57,336 nucleotides of DNA from Candidatus Eiseniibacteriota bacterium (GCA_030595835.1 JAUVLG010000005.1:1-57336), one strand, 5' to 3'. Positions 27,801 to 36,212 are shown, numbered from the stretch's first letter. The notes: generated from the letters alone by a model not told the origin. Numbers and translations: made by a program.

Positions 27801-27929
27801 ACGAGCGAGTACCACGCTACCTGGGACGGGACCAATGAACACGGCGACGCCGTCGCCAGCGGTGTCTACTTCGTCCGCCTGTGTGTGGGGCCTGAGACGC
27901 TCGAACGCAAGGTAGTGCTCCTGAGATAA
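24804..27929 (+). CDS. Secreted M28-family metallopeptidase with Ig/FnIII-like domains and C-terminal FlgD-Ig (T9SS CTD-like) domain
   Basis: GGAGGTGA RBS plus GTG; signal peptide; GGHYDS, PGADDNATAVA, AEEVGLWGS, NMDCLG, SDHTSF, HTAED; tail PNPF..Y..VFDVAGKLVR.L..WDG....G..VASGVYFVRL..RKVVLLR. Confidence 0.88.
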   Translation: MTAFSHRTRSAFASILLVVALVCAGATTGVARPPEPPAQAGRIPLAMEQGRVAVPSWDSRPSRSEGVAVHGHGPDELLRRTPPDSLITALMDSTSLTRIVGTIQRLQDFGSRYVVVDSCWAAGYWIRDRFEEYGYADVRLDTFRTMSFQDSVPAMNVIAIKEGTTRPSEYVVLGGHYDSVNVENFYDPFAVAPGADDNATAVAAVLEAARLLKDVPTDRSIMFACWSAEEVGLWGSRHFVAEAVEESLDIVVYLNMDCLGYIEPPPSEAPVIVFTDSLSFAIAGYMQTLAHAHTQYELQTCVRPIGASDHTSFWEAGYNVVDMGTTIASPYRHTAEDILDNLDPDFARALAAVNVAATAAVAGVTGEDANLPPETVRVANCAASASPVTMRPTFEWDGVDFDGSVARYEYAVESDIDTRDGARRDRPLDWTPLPAHQTSLTLEDLSEGAHVLHVRAIDDRDVADPSPVVYVFITDSSLNPLLTVDLNFQPGTRTFVGQCAGDRTLPAVVYENERLVFTIVADPSSYCGSSDSVAVAVADSAAWSEWHRSPYEFVLRPGPADTVVFLKTRDENGAVTTGRVSLRTVPSPMDRPLLRVDDWFVSEVPDETTHDAFYSDVLAGESCDVWDPFEHIENYVPTLPPMEELGRYRTVLWTLDWRGGFLRPVQAESSYHYLEGFVRAGGNVILEGQSSLWTMCGADQYLYETTYEPGDFIFDHVGLDSLRNAGVGANASYPSGYGYAFLGGIATETGGFPDVPVDTLGKWADGYQAYGGLPYCEVVRPLEQTRTLYLFDSHINPDLSERPCATVRYPDDGTGTFAYFGFPLYYLQTDPAKEMLGLLLDSMESWQEPAALSSFVWEAAPDSVTLSWYLMPAGGPLGCSLERTAGNGSDEYHALSDSLLRPGADGRYRFVDGWVAASTTYSYRLVVSEQWGVTTMHGPWEIQTPSSRVSPWLEDPRPNPFSETLSLHYGGPADHGRVWVGVFDVAGKLVRALHEGTARTSEYHATWDGTNEHGDAVASGVYFVRLCVGPETLERKVVLLR

Positions 27930-28018
27930 CGCGGAGCGGTCGGGCTCGACCAGCCACCGGAAGTCGACCGTGGTCAATGGTTCCGCTTGGCCCGGCGGAG
28001 TTCTCGCGTCCCTCCGAA

Positions 28019-28047
28019 TTGACCGTGCCCCCACCTGCTGGTATATT
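28019..28047 (+). promoter_or_regulatory. sigma-70 promoter for the DUF364-decarboxylase operon
   Basis: TTGACC-17 nt-TATATT with TG at extended -10, ~40 nt upstream of 28090. Confidence 0.6.
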
Positions 28048-28089
28048 GGCGACTGACAGAACACCCGCTCGTCCGTGAACCATTGAAGC

Positions 28090-28908
28090 TTGGGAGACAA
28101 CGTGACTCTGCTCGAGCAGATAGCCGAGACCGGAAGAGAGAAGAGCAAGGACTACCCCGACGAGCCGTTTCTCATCCGAGGACTCTGGCGCACCGATCTC
28201 CTGTTCCGGCCCAACCCGGAGGAGCGGACGTTCAACTACACGTACCTCCTGATACAGACCGTCGGCGAGGGCGCATGTTACTGTGCAACGATACCCGCGC
28301 TGACCGAGGGGTTCTCGCTTCTCGGCAAGGATTGCAGGAGTGTCCGACCGGAGTACCGATGTTTCCAGGTCGCCACGGCCGACGCGATGTTCTCCGCGTT
28401 CGAGAAACAGCCGGACGAGACCATGACCATGACCGGCTCCTCGGACGACAAGGCGCTGTGGCGAAGCCGCATAGTGGTCGACGAGGTCCTGAGACAGCTC
28501 GAGCTTGCCGGCGTGGACGACGGCTGCGTGGTCAATATCGGCGCCATAGGCAACATCATCAAGATGCTCACAGCGGAGGGCATTGAGGTCACCGGGACCG
28601 ACGGAGACCCCACTCTTGTCGGAACCGAAATAGGCGGCGTGCCCATCGTCGACCAGGACAGGACGCTCGAATACATCGAGAAGTGCGACGTCGCCGTGAT
28701 GACGGGTATGGTCATCTCCACCGACTCGCTGGAGGAGATCCTCGACGTGGCGAGAAGAAACGAGACGCGGCTCGTGATGTTCTGTGAAACGGGCGCGCAC
28801 CTTTGTGAGGAGTACGTGAAGCTCGGCGTCGACTGCGCCATCGCCGAGTACTTCCCCTTCTACATATTCGGCGGCACCACGCGAATAGACGTCTTCAGGA
28901 AGAAGTAG
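28090..28908 (+). CDS. Rossmann-like domain protein (DUF364-like), Cys-rich
   Basis: TTG start; N-domain with GEGACY and Q.ATADA; C-domain VVNIGAIG..., CDVAVMTGM...TDSLEEIL..A......VMFCETG resembles DUF364. Recognised by eye only. Confidence 0.6.
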   Translation: MGDNVTLLEQIAETGREKSKDYPDEPFLIRGLWRTDLLFRPNPEERTFNYTYLLIQTVGEGACYCATIPALTEGFSLLGKDCRSVRPEYRCFQVATADAMFSAFEKQPDETMTMTGSSDDKALWRSRIVVDEVLRQLELAGVDDGCVVNIGAIGNIIKMLTAEGIEVTGTDGDPTLVGTEIGGVPIVDQDRTLEYIEKCDVAVMTGMVISTDSLEEILDVARRNETRLVMFCETGAHLCEEYVKLGVDCAIAEYFPFYIFGGTTRIDVFRKK

Positions 28909-28930
28909 CAATCAGACAGGAGGTAACACT

Positions 28931-30229
28931 CTGTTCAGGAATTTCACTGAGACCGACGGAGTCCTCGAGATGGGCGGCGTCGCGATCACGACCATCGTCG
29001 GCAAACACGGGACGCCGATGTACGTCTACGACGGCGACATGCTGTGTTCGCGCTACGACGCGCTGACGAGCGCGTTCCCATCCTTCGAGATCTTCTACTC
29101 GATGAAGGCGAACCCGTCGCTCGCCCTTGTGGGACTTCTGAGACAGATCGGCGCAGGGTCCGAGATCGCGTCCGGCGGCGAGCTCTTTCTCGCGAAGGAG
29201 CTAGGGCACGACCCGCTGGACATTGTGTTCGCGGGCCCGGGCAAGACCGACCGGGAGCTCGAGGACGCGATCATCTCTGGCATATATGCGATCAACGTCG
29301 AGTCACTGAGAGAACTTGAACGTGTCGGCCGCATCGCGAAGCTGATCGGCATCCCCGCGCGGGTGGCTCTCAGGATCAACACGACCGTCGGGCTATCCAA
29401 ATCCGGCGGTGGATCGGCCGGCCCTCTACACGAGCGGATGGCCGGAGGCCCCAGCAAATTCGGTATCGACGAGGAGAAGCTGGACGCGCTGACGGAGCAC
29501 TGGGACAAGCGCGCGGTCGAGATCGTGGGTATCCACGTCTACACGGCCAGCCAGATCCTGGATGCAGATGAGATCGTGGAGAACGCGCGGCGCACGGTGG
29601 CCGTCGCGGAGCACGTGGAGGGCATTATCGGTGAGCCGCTGGTGGCCATAGACTTCGGTGCTGGATTCGGCGTCCCCCACTACGAGGAGGAAGTACCCCT
29701 GGACCTGCCGGCGCTCGGCGCGAGTGTAGAGGATGTGTTCAAGCCGTTCTCCGAGCGCAAGAACATGAGGCTCCTTCTAGAGCTGGGCCGATACCTCGTG
29801 TCGGAATGCGGCGTCTTCGTCACGAGGGTCATTGAACTCAAGGAGTCCAGGGGAGAGCGCTTCGTTATTACCGACGGCGGGATCAACCAGTTCGTCCGCC
29901 CCGTGCTGATGAAGGTCAAACATGAGGCGCGTGTGATAAGCAGGCTGTGCACAGCGACGCCGACAGTAGCGAAGCTCTCGGGGCCTTTGTGCACGCCGAT
30001 CGACATCACCAGCGAGCAGATCCAGGTCCCGGAAGACATCGCTCTTGATGACCTTGTCGGTATCTTCAACGCGGGCGCCTATGGATTCTCGATGAGCCCA
30101 CAGCTCTTCCTGTCGCACCCCTCGCCCGTGGAGGTGCTGGTGCTGGATGGGGAGATCATTGAAACGCGAAGACGTGGGACGTATGAGGATTTCCTGTTGA
30201 AACAGAACCCTCTTCCCGGCTCAGTGTAG
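28931..30229 (+). CDS. Fold-type III PLP-dependent decarboxylase (LysA family, SbnH/BtrK-like subgroup); probable CTG start at 28931 (first ATG 28970)
   Basis: GTPMYVYD, YSMKANPS (PLP Lys), EIASGGE, FAGPGKT, NVES, SKFGIDEE, GIHVY..SQ, ELGRYLV, GPLCTPID, GAYG..MSP..FLSHP.P. Confidence 0.88.
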   Translation: MFRNFTETDGVLEMGGVAITTIVGKHGTPMYVYDGDMLCSRYDALTSAFPSFEIFYSMKANPSLALVGLLRQIGAGSEIASGGELFLAKELGHDPLDIVFAGPGKTDRELEDAIISGIYAINVESLRELERVGRIAKLIGIPARVALRINTTVGLSKSGGGSAGPLHERMAGGPSKFGIDEEKLDALTEHWDKRAVEIVGIHVYTASQILDADEIVENARRTVAVAEHVEGIIGEPLVAIDFGAGFGVPHYEEEVPLDLPALGASVEDVFKPFSERKNMRLLLELGRYLVSECGVFVTRVIELKESRGERFVITDGGINQFVRPVLMKVKHEARVISRLCTATPTVAKLSGPLCTPIDITSEQIQVPEDIALDDLVGIFNAGAYGFSMSPQLFLSHPSPVEVLVLDGEIIETRRRGTYEDFLLKQNPLPGSV

Positions 30230-30280
30230 CCGGGTGAAGCGCGCGGTCTCCATGGCCGCCGCGCGATCTGGAGCAGAAAC

Positions 30281-31033
30281 ATGATGCGCAGAATCACGCC
30301 ACTGGTTGCCGCGGCCACCGCCCTGGTTCTCCTCTCGGCCGGTTGCTCCGATGACATCATGTGCCCGGAGGTGGAACCAGTAGACACCACGCCCTATATC
30401 TCGGCACAGGTCGTGCAGAGCTCGGATGGCCCAGACGGGTCGACTCACGTGGAGATCGTCTGCACGGCCGATCCGCTGCCGTCGCTCCTCATCGCGTTCA
30501 TCAACGGGCGCACGTTGCCCCTGGCAGAGCCTCAGGACGACCTGGGTCTTCTTGCCGTCCTTGATGACGACCTGGTGCTGTGGCAACCCGGAACCCTGTG
30601 CTCTCTCGAGGTGACCACGAACTACGGCTACGCAGTCGCGGCGGAGGTCGCGCCGGCCGCGGCCACCGTGACGGCGCCTGCTGAGATCTCTCTGGGTGAC
30701 ACACTGAAACTCACCTGGAGAAGCGCGGCGGACGTCGACTACTATGAGGTGTCGGCCGTCCTGATCTCCGATGCCGGCGCGCCAGTGTTCAGTGCCCCGC
30801 GCAGCCGCGACACGCTCGCGCTGTCGGTGACCACTCGCGACACCTTTGCGGTGTTTCTCCCGGAGAGCATCGTTTCGGCCGGTGTTGTGTCGGGTCTCGT
30901 TATGACCGTGGCCGGACCGTTTCCAGAGAGCGGCGCTGCCGGGAACATCTCGGGGGATGGCTGGGGGTTCCTCTCGCTTCGATATCGGGATTCCGGGAGC
31001 GTCTTCGAGGTGATCGTTTCGGACGTGCCGTAG
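30281..31033 (+). CDS. Uncharacterised lipoprotein, beta-rich (FnIII-like C-terminal part)
   Basis: MMRRITPLVAAATALVLLSAG-C lipobox; LTWRSAADVDYYEVS FnIII-like strand pattern. Confidence 0.65.
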   Translation: MMRRITPLVAAATALVLLSAGCSDDIMCPEVEPVDTTPYISAQVVQSSDGPDGSTHVEIVCTADPLPSLLIAFINGRTLPLAEPQDDLGLLAVLDDDLVLWQPGTLCSLEVTTNYGYAVAAEVAPAAATVTAPAEISLGDTLKLTWRSAADVDYYEVSAVLISDAGAPVFSAPRSRDTLALSVTTRDTFAVFLPESIVSAGVVSGLVMTVAGPFPESGAAGNISGDGWGFLSLRYRDSGSVFEVIVSDVP

Positions 31034-31086
31034 GAATCGTGGGAGCTGTTGGGCGCCGCGCCGGCCGGCCCGCGGACCCAAGAGAG

Positions 31087-32694
31087 CTACCTGCCTGACG
31101 CCAGAATGCGCGGGCCGAAGTAGACGGCCAGAAGCCGGCCCGCCTCTTTGAGAGCAAGCACTTCCGCTTCGCGTCGTCCGTCCTCCGCCTCGATGGTCTC
31201 ACTCGCCGTGATCAGGGTCGCACCCAACTCGCGCACCGTGCGCTGGTCGAACGCCGATGCTGAGAGGACCACCTGCGCCGTCCATGACGACGACTCTCCG
31301 TGCGTGCTCAGCGACAAGGTCCCGGTGACGACGACGTTCACTCCGGGATCGCACGCGTTCAACCTGTACCCGTCTCTCTCCATCCTCCGGGCGAAGCCCG
31401 ACATCACCTGCGCCGCATCGGCGTCGGTCGACTCACCGAACTGCGCGCAGACGGAGATCGCGTGCGTGCCCACTACCAGATGGACCGTCTGGCGCGCCAG
31501 TGGCCGCGACAGGTCCGCCCACCTGGTTGCACCTGAATCAAGGGGCACGTCCGGCGACCCGAAAGACCGCGACACGACCGCATCTGCGGCTGCGACGTCC
31601 AGCCTGACCGCAAGTTCGTACGCACCGGGCGCGCCGTAGGCCGCTGCGACCCGACACGTGGCGATCCCGGACCCGTCGGTCAACGGGTCGGCGTCCAGCA
31701 CAGCCGAGGCTCCGGGCATCTCGAAACGGACCGGCACGCCTGCCGCGGCCAGGATCTGTCCGTTCCGCTCGTACGTGCAGTGAAACTCCACCACCGCGTT
31801 GGCCACCGCACCAACTTCGACCACGGCGACACCACCGGTGGCGCGAGCGTCGAGGGTCTCGGCAGTGCGGGCCGCGACCCGCGTCCACTGAAGCAACCCG
31901 CGCAGCCGGGTATCGACTGAGGACAGCGGGCGGGTTGGCGTGTACTCCGGCGCCTCCTCCGCGATCGTGATGGGCACGCCCGTCGCCAGGACAACGTCCG
32001 CAACCCTGGCGACGTCCAGAAGTCCCTCGTGCCAGCGGCCGGCCGACAGGTGTTCTTCCGCTGACGCCTTGAGGATCTCTGCCTCGTTAGCCGCCCTGCC
32101 TCTTTCCCAGAAAACGTTGTTCACGTCGCCGCGCAGGTACTTTATGGGATACTCCACGAGAATCGCGGCCAGCCAGGTAGTGTCACAAACGGTGGCGCCA
32201 CCCTCCGCGTCCGCGACGCACTCCTCCCAACCTCGTGCGACTATTTCCATGCGTGGGAACGAGATGTCAGCTCCTCTGACCGCCGCGCCGGCGACCTCAT
32301 CGACGATCTCTCGACGGCGCTCCTCGTCGTACGCGACGCCGCGCTGACTGAGGAGCTTGAGAGCCGCATCCGCGGCGGACTCGGCCGCGCCCGCCATTGC
32401 GGCACTCCGAGTTGCCGTCCCCGGAGAGCCCGATTCCTCGTGCCTCGTCCTGCAAACGGAGAGCATGCTTCCTCCCTCTGCCGTCCAGGACTCCGCGCGA
32501 CCGGCGAGCTGGTTGGCGCCGGGGCCATCGAGTGGGAGACAGGTCCACCTGCGCTCTGCAACGACGGGCTCATCCGAGACAGGCGCGCGGGCGGCTGGCC
32601 GGTGGGGCGCGCAACCGGCGGTGATGAGAACAACCGCGATAGCAGCGGTGACCGCTCGAACGGCTCTCGTGGGGATTCTTCTTCCTGTTGTCAT
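31087..32694 (-). CDS. Uncharacterised Ala-rich lipoprotein with Ig-like middle domain
   Basis: Start MTTGRR after GGGAG; lipobox ITAG-C; Big-1-like segment GVPVRF...TDGSGIATC; fills the gap between neighbouring genes. Confidence 0.6.
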   Translation of the reverse strand: MTTGRRIPTRAVRAVTAAIAVVLITAGCAPHRPAARAPVSDEPVVAERRWTCLPLDGPGANQLAGRAESWTAEGGSMLSVCRTRHEESGSPGTATRSAAMAGAAESAADAALKLLSQRGVAYDEERRREIVDEVAGAAVRGADISFPRMEIVARGWEECVADAEGGATVCDTTWLAAILVEYPIKYLRGDVNNVFWERGRAANEAEILKASAEEHLSAGRWHEGLLDVARVADVVLATGVPITIAEEAPEYTPTRPLSSVDTRLRGLLQWTRVAARTAETLDARATGGVAVVEVGAVANAVVEFHCTYERNGQILAAAGVPVRFEMPGASAVLDADPLTDGSGIATCRVAAAYGAPGAYELAVRLDVAAADAVVSRSFGSPDVPLDSGATRWADLSRPLARQTVHLVVGTHAISVCAQFGESTDADAAQVMSGFARRMERDGYRLNACDPGVNVVVTGTLSLSTHGESSSWTAQVVLSASAFDQRTVRELGATLITASETIEAEDGRREAEVLALKEAGRLLAVYFGPRILASGR

Positions 32695-32945
32695 GTTGCT
32701 CCCTATGCCGGCACCGACTACACCACACCATATAGAGCAGAGGCGGCGCGCGCAAGAGCGGGACACCCGGCGAACGTGCGGATCCCACGGAGCGCTGCCA
32801 GACGGAGAGCCGACGCCCACGGGGCGAACGCCCCCGTACATGAACAGCGGCCGGCCCGTGCCGCGCCGACCGCTCACCGGCTGTCACTCCGGTGCCGCTT
32901 CCGAGAAGGACACCCTTCCCGCCCGTGCTACGTTCCCTGGCCCAC

Positions 32946-34253
32946 TTACTCCTTCAGGTAGAGCTGGACCTGCGATGCAAGCATGTTTGTGTCTATGGGC
33001 TTGCTGATATAGCCCCGGCAACCCACGCGAGCCAGTTCCTTGAGGTTATCAGGCACCTCCCCGGTGGTCAGCGCGACCACGGGAATGTCTCTCATCTCCT
33101 CCATCTGGATGATCTGTCGCGTCGCCTCAAGCCCGCTCATGCCGGTGAGCTGCAGATCAACAATGACGAGATCCGGGTGCTTCGACTTCGCCATGGATAC
33201 TCCCAGCTCCCCGTCCGTGGCCTCAAGAACCTTGTAGCCGCTGGAACGAAGGACCAGCGATGCGATGCCGCGGTCGTAGTCGTCGTCTTCAACGAGGAGG
33301 ATCGTGCCGGCCGTGCTGCCCTCGGACTCGAAGTCGTTATCGCTATCTGAGAACGCGACAACGCAACGGTTGCGACCTTCCGACTTGGCCCGGAACACCG
33401 CCGAATCCGCCATCCGCAGGAGGGTGGCAGAGTCATTGGCATGGTCGGGGTACGTCGCAATGCCGCAGCTGATTGTGACGACGGCCTCTCCCTTCGCGAA
33501 GCACACTCCGCACTCCTCAAAGGCCCTGCGGAGCCGCTCGGCCACCACTGCCGCCTCATCGCCTGCGGCCTCGGGAAGTATGACAACGAACTCCTCGCCC
33601 CCGTACCGCGAAACGATGTCGGAGGTTCGGGTGCTCGACAGAAGCACGTCCGCGAGGATCTTCAGGACGCTATCGCCGGTCTGATGCCCGTACGTTGCAT
33701 TGACCTGCTTGAATTCGTCGATGTCAACCATGACGCACGAGATCTTGCGGCCGTACCTCCGCGCCCGTTCGATCTCCATCTCGAGGCGCTCGTCGAAGTA
33801 CCGCCTGTTGTAGACCTTGGTCAGCTGGTCGCGCTTCGCCGCCGATGAATCCTGGTGCGCGTCCGACGCGACTCTCAGCATGGCGCGCACGCGGGTGAGG
33901 AACTTCTCTGCGCTTGCCGCTTCGTCCATCCAGTCCAGACTGCACTCACCCCGTATGAAACCGGTCTTCCCATCGCCGTCGTTCGTCAACACGAGCGTCG
34001 GCACGGGCAGCTCGCTCTCGGAGCACAGGGCCGCCATCTTCGTGCGCTCATCGGAGCTCATCCCCTCGAGGCTGACCACCACAAGGTCTGGATCCTCTTC
34101 CTCGATTATCTCAACGAGCCTTCTCACTTCGTTGTACCGAACCAGATGGTAGCCGGAATCGACGACCCACCGGGCGAGGCGCTCTCCCGCATGATCGTCG
34201 GGCGCGACGACCAGTATCTTCCGTCGGGTTGACGAAGAGGCACTGTCTGTCAT
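32946..34253 (-). CDS. Diguanylate cyclase response regulator (degenerate REC - GGDEF - REC)
   Basis: DQLTKVYNRR, MVDIDEFKQVN..YGHQTGD, RTSD I-site, SRYGGEEF, AD.A.F.AK..GRN. C-terminal REC has ILLVEDD, DLVIVD, ALT, SKP; N-terminal REC lacks the acceptor Asp (DLVVVS). Confidence 0.92.
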   Translation of the reverse strand: MTDSASSSTRRKILVVAPDDHAGERLARWVVDSGYHLVRYNEVRRLVEIIEEEDPDLVVVSLEGMSSDERTKMAALCSESELPVPTLVLTNDGDGKTGFIRGECSLDWMDEAASAEKFLTRVRAMLRVASDAHQDSSAAKRDQLTKVYNRRYFDERLEMEIERARRYGRKISCVMVDIDEFKQVNATYGHQTGDSVLKILADVLLSSTRTSDIVSRYGGEEFVVILPEAAGDEAAVVAERLRRAFEECGVCFAKGEAVVTISCGIATYPDHANDSATLLRMADSAVFRAKSEGRNRCVVAFSDSDNDFESEGSTAGTILLVEDDDYDRGIASLVLRSSGYKVLEATDGELGVSMAKSKHPDLVIVDLQLTGMSGLEATRQIIQMEEMRDIPVVALTTGEVPDNLKELARVGCRGYISKPIDTNMLASQVQLYLKE

Positions 34254-34359
34254 GTCAGATCCTCACTTGAGACGCCGCGCGACAAGTACCGCGGCAACGC
34301 TCACCCGTCTCATGACGGGCGAGTGGGTGTGCGGGCCCAGGTCTACATACTGTGAGTTT

Positions 34360-34375
34360 AGCAAGGTATGTGCCA
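34360..34375 (-). promoter_or_regulatory. Putative sigma-54 promoter of the diguanylate cyclase
   Basis: Minus strand TGGCACATACCTTGCT matches TGGCAC-N5-TTGC exactly, ~105 nt upstream of ATG 34253. Confidence 0.65.
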
Positions 34376-34466
34376 CGACAGGGCCGCGCGGAACCCGCCA
34401 GCGGGCGTGGTGACAGAGACCTGAGAGAGGCTGACCGCTGGTTCATCTGAGGATCGCGTATCTGGG

Positions 34467-34505
34467 AAGACAGAACGGAGCGGGCCCAATGGACCCGCTC
34501 CGTTC
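34467..34505 (-). terminator. Terminator after ompA-like gene
   Basis: GAACGGAGCGGG...CCCGCTCCGTTC 12-bp inverted repeat followed on the minus strand by TGTCTT. Confidence 0.6.
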
Positions 34506-34560
34506 GTTCCGTGCAAAAGGCCGTCAGCAACGCTCTTCCTGCATGCCCTACCCAATCGTC

Positions 34561-35991
34561 CTATTCAGGGTAGACCGGCGTCACCATCGCCCTTCTGTTC
34601 GCCTGTCTGTTGGCCTCGTTGTCGTTCGGGACCAGCGGATCCTGCTCGCCGTGACCCACGACCGTCATGCGGGTCGCGTCGACGCCCTTCTCCGCCAGGT
34701 AGTCCCTGACTGCCACCGCTCTACGTAGTGACAGGGCCTCGTTGTACTCGTTGGTGCCCTCGGCGGAGCTGTGCCCACCGATATCGACCGTGATCGTCAC
34801 GTCCTCGATCAGCAGCTCGAGGAGAGCGTCGAGCCTCGCCATCATGTCGGGCTTCAAGACATCACTGTCGAAGTCGAAGTTCACCATGACCGCGAGGAGT
34901 TCCGGCTTGGGCTCCGGCTTCTTGCACCCCACCGCGTCCACGATGGTGCCAGCAGGCGTGTCAGGGCACTGATCGGCCCCGTCGAGCACGCCGTCGCCGT
35001 CGTTGTCGGGATCCGGACATCCGTCAGCGTCCTCGAACCCGTCGAGATCCTCCGGATCGTCGGGACAAGCGTCGTCGATATCCATGATGCCATCGCCGTC
35101 ACGATCGACGTCTGGGCAGCCGTCCTCGTCCTCGAAGTCGTCGAAGTCCTCAGCGTCGTCCGGGCACTGATCGTCGCCGTCGAGGATCCCGTCCATATCG
35201 TTGTCGGGGTCAGGACAGCCGTCTTCGTCCTCGAACCCGTCGTAGTCTTCCTTCTCCCTCGGGCACTTGTCCTGGCTCCCGAAGATGCCGTCCTCGTCGC
35301 AGTCGCCCGCGCCGAAGTGAAACATCAGGGCCACAGAACCCTCGAACATCGCGCTGTTGGCATCGACGAAGCCCTCGCCATAGCTAGGCAGCGAGCTGAA
35401 GCCGACATTGTCCACGTCCTGCTGGAGCAGGAAGCTGTAGCTGCCGCTGAAATCGAGCGACATCTTCTCGCTGAGGAAGTACTCCACGCCTGCGCCGAGC
35501 GAGGCGGTCAGATTGGTACCGGACAGGGTCTGGTTGCCATAGCCGTCAGCGTCGTAGCCTTCAGGGACGGTCCCCTGAGAATCAGTCCAGTCCTGGACCT
35601 CCCATATCGTCATGCCCAGCCCGAAGCTGACATAGGGAACGAACTCGGCATCGGAGCTGAAATCATAATTGGCTCTGAGGCCAATGTAGTTCCAGTTCGT
35701 CTTGAGGTAGTCGGCCGCTCCCCAGGTGAAGAACTCCGCGGATTCCGGCGTCTCGCCGCTCTCGGTCTCGCCGTGGTGGTAATCGAGCATGACCGACACG
35801 TTCTCGGTCACTGGCTTCTCCATCCTCAGGCCGAACGTCAGTCCCATACCCTCATAACTCTCATCGCCCCCGGTGGGCTGCATGACGCCGATCGCTACAC
35901 CGAGCGCCATGTCGTCGACCCAGACCTGTCCGCTTGCGGCGCCGACGAAGAGGAGCGGCAGGACGATCGCCAAGATCGCTATACGGTACAT
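34561..35991 (-). CDS. OmpA-family protein: N-terminal beta-barrel, TSP3 Ca-binding repeats, C-terminal peptidoglycan-binding domain
   Basis: Start MYRIAILA after GGAGGTGG; signal peptide; barrel strands; repeated D.DGDG..D..D.CP...ED.DGFED.DGCP; VNFDFDS, GHSS.EG..YN..LS.RRA..V, G.GE..P, NRR. Confidence 0.92.
   Translation of the reverse strand: MYRIAILAIVLPLLFVGAASGQVWVDDMALGVAIGVMQPTGGDESYEGMGLTFGLRMEKPVTENVSVMLDYHHGETESGETPESAEFFTWGAADYLKTNWNYIGLRANYDFSSDAEFVPYVSFGLGMTIWEVQDWTDSQGTVPEGYDADGYGNQTLSGTNLTASLGAGVEYFLSEKMSLDFSGSYSFLLQQDVDNVGFSSLPSYGEGFVDANSAMFEGSVALMFHFGAGDCDEDGIFGSQDKCPREKEDYDGFEDEDGCPDPDNDMDGILDGDDQCPDDAEDFDDFEDEDGCPDVDRDGDGIMDIDDACPDDPEDLDGFEDADGCPDPDNDGDGVLDGADQCPDTPAGTIVDAVGCKKPEPKPELLAVMVNFDFDSDVLKPDMMARLDALLELLIEDVTITVDIGGHSSAEGTNEYNEALSLRRAVAVRDYLAEKGVDATRMTVVGHGEQDPLVPNDNEANRQANRRAMVTPVYPE
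34954..35304 (-). repeat. Intragenic ~99-bp (33-aa) thrombospondin type-3 repeats, about 3.5 copies
   Basis: DKCPREKEDYDGFEDEDGCP / DQCPDDAEDFDDFEDEDGCP / DACPDDPEDLDGFEDADGCP / DQCPDTP. Confidence 0.88.
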
Positions 35992-36212
35992 CTCCACCTC
36001 CCTGATAGACAGACCCCCACGCTGTTGGAATTCCATCAAAGCGAGGGTTAGCCTATACGATTTGCTCGCCCAAAACAAGGGCGATTGCGCCGGACGAGGG
36101 ACGCCCTTGCTTGCTCCATCGCTGCCGTTCTGACACAATCCTAGCAGCGCGCTCACGCCGTGGGCCCGCGGCAACCACGAGCACCGACAACGCCGGATGA
36201 CCGGAGGAACTC

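Noticed and set aside
28931-30229. Calling the decarboxylase lysA
   Set aside because: The substrate-side motifs (CTPID, FLSHP) differ from canonical DAP decarboxylase, so the symbol was withheld.
34255-34470. Possible c-di-GMP riboswitch upstream of the diguanylate cyclase
   Set aside because: No GEMM signature (GCAAA..GAAA..GGACGCAAAGC) found; only a simple hairpin.
34954-35304. Periodic repeats as a possible CRISPR array
   Set aside because: They are in-frame, degenerate coding repeats (TSP3) with no unique spacers, and there are no cas genes in the window.
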